A stretch of DNA of 64,000 nt from Nitrospirota bacterium (GTDB lineage Bacteria; Nitrospirota; UBA9217). Below the pieces are notes generated by a model. The model searched no databases. It worked only from the letters and a program-made list of their open reading frames with translations, and had not been told where the DNA came from. This document shows positions 10,191-19,000 of this stretch, piece after piece (position 1 is the first letter of the stretch; every line of letters starts with the position of its first letter). The translations under genes and the position numbers were made by a program. The stretch spans positions 1,536,001 through 1,600,000 of the forward strand of contig CAVTRN010000002.1 of the NCBI GenBank assembly GCA_963737155.1, in the 5' to 3' direction.

Positions 10191-10442
10191 TAAGAGTACT
10201 CAACCGTTACTTCTTTCACTTTAGGCGGAGCAGGAGCAAGACGATTCTACTCTGTTGTAATAATTGCATCGTTGTCATTCTCCAAGGTCCACCTCTCCGC
10301 ATAACAATATACTCTGCATTATGCTCGATTTATGGGGTCAACTATAGACTTATAAATTTGCGCTAAGACTTTGTATATGCTAAAATTGTTTATCCATACT
10401 AACATGTAATGTTTCGGTGATAACCTCTCGAAGGGAACGATT

Positions 10443-11564
10443 ATGGGCGGTATAGAGATTATTGTTGCGGAAGGGGGGTCGGAATTAAAGGACTTCATTG
10501 ACCTGCCGTGGAGGATCCATGCTAAGCACCCCAACTGGGTTCCTCCCCTTAAGAAAGAGGTTCTCCGGATGCTGGACCCCCACAGACACCCTTTCTGGGA
10601 GTTTTCTGAGGGCATCCTCTTTCTGGCCCGACGTGGTTCGGAAACGGTGGGAAGGATCGCGGGCATCATAGATCGCCGTTATAACCAGTTCCACAACGAA
10701 AAGATGGGCATCTGGGGATTCTTCGAATGTGCTGACGATCCGGAGATTGCGGCAGCCCTCTTCTCTTCCGTGGAAACGTGGGTTCGCCGGAAAGGGATGG
10801 CCTTCATGAGAGGCCCGCTCAACCTGTCCACCAATTACGAGGTGGGCTTGCTCATTGAGGGCTTCAATTATCCGCCTGTCGTGATGATGGCATACAACCC
10901 GCCGTACTACCTGGGGCTGGTCGAATCGTGCGGCTACACCAAAGAAAAGGACCTGTTGGCTTTCCTGATAGATGGCGAGTACCGGCTTCCTGAGTGGATG
11001 GATCATCTTGCTGAACGGATAGCCAAAAAAAAGGGTATCCATATCAGGCTCTTTCGTCCAAAAGAAGAGGATGCTGAGTTTGCCCTTATCAGGGAGATAT
11101 ACAATGCCTCTTGGTCCAGTAATTGGGGTTTCGTCCCCCTGACCGATAACGAAATGCGGGACATTCAAAAGAACGTAATGGAATTCGCAGATCCGGACTT
11201 GGCTTTTTTCATCTATTATGAGAATGAACCCGCAGCAGTATGCGTGATCTTTCCCGACATTAACCCATTGCTCAAGCGTCTTAACGGGCGGATCGGTCTC
11301 ATGGGTCTGCTGAAGTTCCTCATATATCGGCGTGAGATCAAGGGACTGAGGTGTTTGATGTTCGGGATCAAGGAAGAGTACCGACAACTGGGAATCCCTT
11401 TGCTTGCCTTTCACCACATATATGAGATCGCGAGGAGACAAAAGAAATATCAGCAGCTGGAGATGGGCTGGACCCTGGAGGACAACGAGTCGATCAACTC
11501 TTTGATTGATGAAGCGGGCGCAAAAAGATATAAAAAATATCGAATATTCAGAAAGTCCTTATGA
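10443..11564 (+). CDS. YghO-like GNAT N-acyltransferase (bacterial ceramide synthase-like family)
   Basis: Motifs FIDLPW..WVPPL..HPFW, GRIAG, GFFEC, RGPLNLSTNYEVGLLIEGF, YNPPYY, NWGFVP, WTLEDN, characteristic of the YghO/bCerS double-GNAT family. Confidence 0.8.
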   Translation: MGGIEIIVAEGGSELKDFIDLPWRIHAKHPNWVPPLKKEVLRMLDPHRHPFWEFSEGILFLARRGSETVGRIAGIIDRRYNQFHNEKMGIWGFFECADDPEIAAALFSSVETWVRRKGMAFMRGPLNLSTNYEVGLLIEGFNYPPVVMMAYNPPYYLGLVESCGYTKEKDLLAFLIDGEYRLPEWMDHLAERIAKKKGIHIRLFRPKEEDAEFALIREIYNASWSSNWGFVPLTDNEMRDIQKNVMEFADPDLAFFIYYENEPAAVCVIFPDINPLLKRLNGRIGLMGLLKFLIYRREIKGLRCLMFGIKEEYRQLGIPLLAFHHIYEIARRQKKYQQLEMGWTLEDNESINSLIDEAGAKRYKKYRIFRKSL

Positions 11565-11729
11565 TTATATAGCCTTGCATAAATAGGGCTACCTCTGCTT
11601 ATTTTCTCTTAGCTCCGCTAGCTGCTTATATGAACTAAACATGTACCGTTATTAACGCAAGTTGGCAAACATCCGGGTGGATGTTAATATTGCTGCGCTT
11701 TTGTTGATCAAATTGATTTTAGGCAATGC

Positions 11730-11956
11730 AATTTTAGAGTATTAAGGATAAGCTCACGATCGTTCGGGAGCTTCTTCTTGAAAATATGTTTGCCGTTCTC
11801 ATCCTCAATGCCAAGGTACGTGTTGTTTTAATGTAGGTCTAATCCCGTGAACAATTTCATATAGCATCTCCAAGGTTAGAATGGGCCTCTTTCCTTAAAG
11901 CATACCAGAGTGCCGATTCGCTTTGGTATGCTGAGGTGTCTTCATATGATTATCAA
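11730..11956 (-). pseudogene. IS110-family transposase 5' remnant with its upstream non-coding end
   Basis: Minus strand RBS GGAG then ATG at 11860 giving MKLFTGLDLH*NNTYLGIEDENGKHIFKKKLPND (IS110 DEDD N-terminus). Upstream hairpin AGCATACCA..TGGTATGCT. Confidence 0.7.
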
Positions 11957-12100
11957 CGATGGTAGTGTATTTGATGGGCAAGAGTGCAATGGTGGTATTT
12001 AAAGGGAAATCACGAACGAGCTCGCTGGGAGTTGGATGGTTCAGGTGGTAATGATTGGTTGACGTTGGCCATGGGGCAAGGGTAAAATAGTAAGGACCGA

Positions 12101-12958
12101 ATGAACAGCAAAGCAACCGTACGAGCATGTCGAGAGAGCCTCCTCGAGTTGATGAAATGGCTGGTGGGGGTTGCGATCGGATTCGTTCACCAGACGCCCA
12201 GGCTCCACGCTCCGATGCAACCCGACGGCTGGAGTGCCCAGCCCCTATCGGTTGCGTGCCGCTTTGCCCCTGATGCCGACCTTGATCACGCCACCGGAAC
12301 GCCCGTGGGGGACGAGGGATTTTACCTCTACATCCTGAACGAAGCTGCCAATTGGGACTACAGCGATGCGAAGTCGATTCTCTTCTCGATTTGGCAGCGT
12401 CCGTGGGCGCATAGTTGGATCATCCTGGAAAGTCCCCAGGATCGTCAGGAATTCGGCCACACCGGCGACTTCGGGCAAACGAGGCCGCGTTACCATGAGG
12501 GCGTGTTTCAGAGAATTCGGGATGGGCATCCCGATCCTATCGCTTACTTGTGGCAAATGATGTCCGATGGCCAATTCCAGATTGGCAAGCCCAATCGCCC
12601 GCCCTCGTTCGTCTGGCGAATGCCGATTACCCGGCGACGGTATCAATTGATCTATGAATATGTGTTGCAGCGGAAGTATGGCCAGTTCGGCGTGAGGGCC
12701 AACAACTGCACCGATATGGTGATAGAAACGGCGGCGCTGGCGGGTATCAACCTGATTCACCGCATTCGCCTCACCTTGCCGCCGGAAGCAAAGGTTTGGG
12801 GTCGGACGCGGCGTGTTTGGACGGATCCCCAATACCGCATACTGGAGTACAGTACGCCCGACGTTCTGGAGGCAGATCTGCGCCAGCTTGCCCGGTTAGG
12901 GATCGGGAGTGATGCCACGGAGTGGCATCTTGCTTTGATGCGGGGACGATCGAGCTGA
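12101..12958 (+). CDS. hypothetical protein with a permuted NlpC/P60 (papain-like) His...Asn-Cys signature
   Basis: AHSWIILE..EFGH followed about 90 aa later by YGQFGVRANNCTD. Located immediately upstream of the PKS. Confidence 0.55.
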   Translation: MNSKATVRACRESLLELMKWLVGVAIGFVHQTPRLHAPMQPDGWSAQPLSVACRFAPDADLDHATGTPVGDEGFYLYILNEAANWDYSDAKSILFSIWQRPWAHSWIILESPQDRQEFGHTGDFGQTRPRYHEGVFQRIRDGHPDPIAYLWQMMSDGQFQIGKPNRPPSFVWRMPITRRRYQLIYEYVLQRKYGQFGVRANNCTDMVIETAALAGINLIHRIRLTLPPEAKVWGRTRRVWTDPQYRILEYSTPDVLEADLRQLARLGIGSDATEWHLALMRGRSS

Positions 12959-13018
12959 TACGTGGGCGCATCGGGTGGAATATACCCAACTGGCGAATTG
13001 TCATTAAAAGGTGAATGC

Positions 13019-16000
13019 ATGGTGATGAAGCAGAGGTCTGACATAGTGGCTGAGCATGGGATCTCTATCATCGGTTTTGTCTGGCGGCCTGAGGAGATCA
13101 CCCCATCGGTGATTCAAATGGCTCAGCGAACAGGGAGTAGGGCCGTCTTCGATTTTTCCATGACGAGGGTGGAGGGGTTACGTTCTTTCTTGCGAAAGGC
13201 TGACCCTGCCGGCCGCGTTAGGGACATCAAAATTGCTGTCCCTGCCTTCTTTGATCCATCGTTGGGGCAGTTATTGAAGGAAACTGGGGTCGACGACATC
13301 TGGGTAGAGTGCCATCCCGAGTTCTTTCAGGGAGATCCTTCCCTCTTTATGCAGCGATTGAGGGAATTGTCGGAAAACCACCATTGCTTTCCCATCATCG
13401 GTGACATGGATCTCCTGATAGCGATTTTGAAGGATAGCTCGGGCATCGGGCGCATCGTCCTGAAAGGATGCGAGGCCTCTGGATTTGTGAGCGGTGAGAC
13501 GACCACGGCTCTCTATTCGATGGCCAAGGAAATGCTGCATTCGCCCTCAAATGCTCTCGACATCCTAATCTGGGGAGGCGTCTCTACCCCTGAGGCGGCA
13601 GCGGCATTTCTGTCGACCGGGGCAACTGGGATCGTTTTCGAGAGCGTCCATTGGCTGACAGATATGGTTGCCATGGATGATGTTCAACGCCAGCAACTCT
13701 CCAATCTCCGCCTGGATTCTACCGATCTGGTTGGCTTGGATCTGCAGGTTCCCTGTCGCCTTTTCAACAAAGGAAACTCGCTTGCGTTCAAGGAGATTAA
13801 AACGTTTGAGGATTCGCTGCGCGGAGCGGAGATTACGGAAGAAAGCCGCCGCTCTTTTGTAAGCCAGGTGTATGCCAGTGCCCTCCATCCTTTGGAAAGC
13901 CGTTTCGGTCAGTATGAGGTCATCCCTCTTGGCGTGGAAGCTGCCTTTGCTGGGTCGTTTGTTGAGCGTTTTGGGGCTGGAACTGAGGAGGCCGTGAAAG
14001 CCTTCATCGACGAAATTCGTAACACATGCCGACTGGCTGAGGCAAAAAAGGATTGCTTTCTGGACAGTCCTGTCGCCAGAGAGATGGGAACCCTCTACCC
14101 CTTTATCCAGGGTGCCATGTCCTGGATCACGGATGTCCCGGAGTTTGCCGCTAGAGTTGCTGATGCCGGTGGATTGCCCACCATCGCCCTTGGCCTGATG
14201 GACGCAGAGACCCTTGACCGGAGGCTGGGACGCTTGCCGGAGATCATGGGGGGGCGCCCTTATGCAGTGAATGTCGTCTCTTTGGCAGAGAACCCTTTCC
14301 GGGAAACGCATTTGGCCTGGATAAAGAAACAGAGACCCAGTTTTGTCGTGATCGCAGGTGGCGATCTCTCCCCTTTGAGAGAATTGATAGAATGCGGCTT
14401 AGGGGTTATGTATATTGCTCCTGATGAGGCGCTGCTGAAACTCGCCGTGGAAGCCGGCGTTCGGTACGTGGTCTGCGAGGGGTATGAGGCCGGCGGCCAC
14501 GTTGGGCAGCATAGCACGCTAACCCTTGCTCAAATGGTGCTGGATCTGAAACGGCGCACGCCATCCCTGTTCAAGAACTGTCGCGTGATCCTTGCAGGGG
14601 GAATCTTTAATCGGGAGACCGCATTCATGGCCGCCATGCTCGGCGCGGACGCCATCCAGATGGGCACCGCCTATCTGGCCACCCAGGAGATCGTTGAAAC
14701 GGGCGCCTTGACGGCACTCTATCAGCGGCTGATTCTGAAATCGCCTCCGGGGGGAACAGTCGTTTCAGGCCGGGACACTGGACTTCGGGTGCGGTCCTTG
14801 AAGACCCCGAGAGTTGAAGCTATTTTATCTCTGGAGAGGGAGTTTGCAGCAGGCCACCAGGACGAGGCTTCTTTCCGGGTGAGAATGGAGGAAATGGCTG
14901 CGGGGAGCCTCTTCGCTGCAGCCCGGGGCATGGATAGGCCAGGCGAGGTGTCACTGGATGAACGGGCCTGTCTGGAACGAGGGCAATTCATGAGTGGGGC
15001 CTGCGCCGGTCTCATACGCGAGGTCCAAAATCTGCAGTCCTTTCACCGCGATCTGGCCGAGGGTCCTCTCTCGCTGCATCTGCCCGCTGTGGGTTCGATC
15101 GAGAGAACCGCGGAGGCGCCATTCTCCTCGGTCAGCCCGGGACGGAAGCGAGTTGTGCCCCACGGAGACGATCGTGAAAGGGTTGCCATCACCGGGATGA
15201 GCATACTTAATGCCCTGGGGAAGAGTCCGGAGGAAGTCTGGACTTCAAGCCTGGCCATGAAGAGCGGGATTACCTTGGTTCCGCCTTCGCGGTGGGATCA
15301 CACACTTTTCTATGATCCCCGGCCGAACGTTCCGGACAAGACCTACTGCAAGGTGGGCGCCTTTACCGATTTTCATATTTCTCGCAATGACCTCGGGATT
15401 TCTCCCCATGATTTCCGTTCCATGACCGAAGCAACAAAGATCACCCTGTGGTTGGCGGACAAGGCCATCCGGGCATCGGGTATCCTCGATTCGGACATCC
15501 CGCGCGAACGGATCGGCGTCCTCATCTCCCAGAACTCGGGAGAGGCGGCAGGGGTTCTTACCAATACCATAATCAGGGCGTACGTTCACGATATCCTCAT
15601 TTCCGCCAAAAGGGCCGTGCACCTTACGCCGCACCAGGAGAGCGCCATCGAACGAGAGGTGAAGTCAGGACGCATGTCACCTGACGACACCACACTTCTG
15701 GGCAGACTCAATTGCGCGGTGGCCGGCTTCATCTGCAGCCGGTATGGGTTCATGGGGCCAAGCTACGCCGTCTCTGCAGCCTGTGCGACCTCGCTGGTTG
15801 CACTTCACAGCGCCATCCAGATGATCCGGAGCGGTATCATCGATGCAGCCATCGTTGGCGGGGGCGAGGAGAATCTCACTCATTTGCATTTTCTGGAATT
15901 CTCCGCCCTGGGCGCACTTTTCGGGATGTCCGGAAAGGAAAGACCCGCTCACGAGACCTCCCGTCCCTTCGATGCAGAACGAGATGGGATGATCCTCGGC

Positions 16001-19000
16001 GAAGGCGGGGGGATGATCGTCATCGAGCGGGAAAGCCTGGCCCGCGCACGAGGGGCGCGTCTCCACGCATTCGTGACAGGCATGGGAGCGAGCAATAACC
16101 ATCTGAGCATGGTGGAGTCCTCCCATGTCACCCAACAGATGGCCATCCGTGCCTCTTTCCGAGGGATACCCTATGGACCCGATGCCGTGGACCTCGTGGA
16201 ATGCCATGCCACGAGCACCCGGCAAGGGGACGTGGAGGAGGTCCGCGCTCTGAAGGCCGTCTTCAATTCCTCCAAGCGCACCGTGATCACCTCATTCAAA
16301 TCCCAGATAGGACACACGCTGGGCGCCTCGGGTATTAACAGCCTCATTCGAGGAGTCACGGCTATGAAGGCGGGGATTTTTCCTCCTACCCTCAATTATA
16401 TGCATCCAGATCCGGAAATCGACTTGAACGGATCGGGTCTCCTCATCGCCCCGGAGCCACTTGACTGGACTTGCAGGGTCGGCGAGCCAAGAAGGCTTCA
16501 GGTCAATGCCTTCGGGTTTGGAGGTTCCAACTACGTTGCGCAGGTGGAGCAGGCTATGGATGAATCGGATACGATCCTGGTCTCACCCGGCAGAGAATCC
16601 GGACTTGATAGAGAGAAGAGGGATGGCTCTCCCACGCTCCAAGGCGTTTTTTTCTTTCGAACTGAGATCGACGGCCGCAATCTCCGGCTGGCCGTCGTGG
16701 CGCAAACCGAAGAGAATGCGCTCATGGTCATCGAAAGGTCGGCCTCCATCGTCGAAGCCGGGGTTGCCTCACCCAGAATATTGAGATCCTTGGCGCAGCA
16801 GGGGATTTTCATGAGCCCCGAGGATATGCCGGCCCTACCGCTTGCCTTTGTATTTCCCGGACAGGGATCACAGTACGGAGGAATGGGGCTGGATCTCTAC
16901 GAGTCCTTTCCCGTCATCAAGGAGTGGATGGATCGGGCTGCAGTTGTAGCGGACTTCGACCTCCTTCATTTATTGTTCCACGATCGAGAGGAGAATCTTC
17001 AGAAGACCCGGTGGCAGCAACCTGCCATGTTCGCCATGGAACACGCCATGGCTCGATACCTCACTACTCTGGGTATCCATCCCGTGGCCATGGCTGGCCA
17101 TAGTTTGGGCGAACTGATCGCCTTGTGCCTGGCCGGTGTCTATTCCGCGGAGGACGGATTTCGAATTGTGAACAAGAGGGCCCTCTGCATGGACAAGGCC
17201 GCTGCCATTCACAGGGAACCCGGCGTCATGGCGGCCGTGGACGCTCCCCTGGATCTGCTGAAAGAGATGATCCGGGGACGGGAGAATGTCCACATCGGCA
17301 ATATTAATTCACCGAACCAGGTCGTCCTGAGCGGTAACACCGGGGCGGTCAAGGATATTGGCAAAAGACTGAAGGAAATGGGATACCGGGCCACCCTGCT
17401 GCCGGTTAGCATGGCCTTCCACTCTCCTAACATGAGGGTCATTCATGACGAGCTCGAGGCGTACATTGCCTCCATTCCATTTAATTCCCCGCAGATTCCG
17501 GTCATCTCCAACACGACCATGGCACCGTATCCGTCAGATCCCGGGGAAATCAGGCGAATCCTGATGGCTCACCTGGAATCTACCGTCCATTGGATGAATA
17601 ATGTCCAGACCCTCTGGAATGACTACGGAGCCCGGCTCTTCGTGGAGGTGGGCCCCGGAGAAATACTAAGCAATCTCATCTCAGACACGCTTCCTGAACC
17701 GGTATGCATCCAGACGTGCCTTCCTTCCGCAGAGGGCCTGACCTACAAGACCGCTCTCGCTCAGCTCTTCGTTCAGGGTCATCTAAGGGCTGAAGGAGAA
17801 CTGCGGTTTGTTCCCCTCCCTGCAGTCGGAAAAACTCCTGGGTCTCGCCGGATCGCCCCGGCACCCTCGTTATGGCCGTCGGAACCTGGGCTTGCAGGCT
17901 CCAACCCGGTGGAGAGGATCATCCAAAGGGAAATCAACCGATTCGTGATGAAGAACTTCGGACGCTCCCTTAAGCCCAACATCCTGGAAGCGATCCGCCA
18001 GGAGCTTGACCCAACATTCCAGGAAGGCGACCTGTCATCCGTCATCAGATCCATGTTTGAGGGTTCCGGGCCTCCTGAAGATCAGAAACAGGTCGTTCTC
18101 GGTAAACCGGCATCCCCGTATTTCGATTCCACACGTTCCATTCCGGGACAGGCCTCACTTGCCCCCGGTGAGGCGTCCGAGGGCCAGGATCTTATGGAGA
18201 GGCTTATACGGATCATCATGGATGCTACAGGGTTCAATAGGGAGGAGATCCAACCCGATATGGATCTCAGGAAGGACCTCTCCATCCGGTCCAGCCGCCT
18301 CCCCATCATCATGGATGCTGCGGAACGCCAATTCGGGATCACTATCGAATTGGAGGATTTTATCAATGTCCGCACTGTGAAAGACATTGCCCAGAGAATC
18401 TCCAAGATAATCGCCAGGCAGGGAGGTACCGTCCTGACGCCAGCCACTCAGACGGCTGAAGCGGGCTTCATGCACGGTAAAGCCCTGAAGCCCTCTCCGG
18501 CCATTCCGGGACAGGCCTCCCTTGCCCCCGGTGAGGCGTCCGAGGGCCAGGATCTTATGGAGAGGCTTATACGGATCATCATGGATGCTACAGGGTTCAA
18601 TAGGGATGAGATCCAACCCGACATGGATCTCAGGAGGGACCTCTCCATCCGCTCCAGCCGCCTCCCCATCATCATGGATGCTGCGGAACGCCAATTCGGG
18701 ATTACTATCGAATTGGAGGATTTTATCAATGTCCGCACTGTGAAAGACATTGCCCAGAGAATCTCCAAGATAATCGCCAGGCAGGGAGGTACCGTCCTGA
18801 CGCCAGCCACCCAGGCGGCTGAAGCGGGCTTCATGCACGGTGAAACCCTGAAGCCCTTACAGGATGAGTCGAGTTTAAAGCGGCTCGTATTCAAGAGCGT
18901 TCCTCTGAAGCTATCGGCCCCGGCTCCACTACAAATGAGCCCAGGCGAGTCAGTGCTTCTTCTGTCACCGGAAAGGGATGACGAGATTGCTAGGAATGTC

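Noticed and set aside
10191-10440. CRISPR array next to the TnpB/Cas12-like gene
   Set aside because: No regularly spaced direct repeats are visible on either side, and no cas1/cas2 is present
10485-11441. 318-aa antisense ORF over the YghO-like GNAT
   Set aside because: Antisense shadow of a clear gene with no recognisable domain
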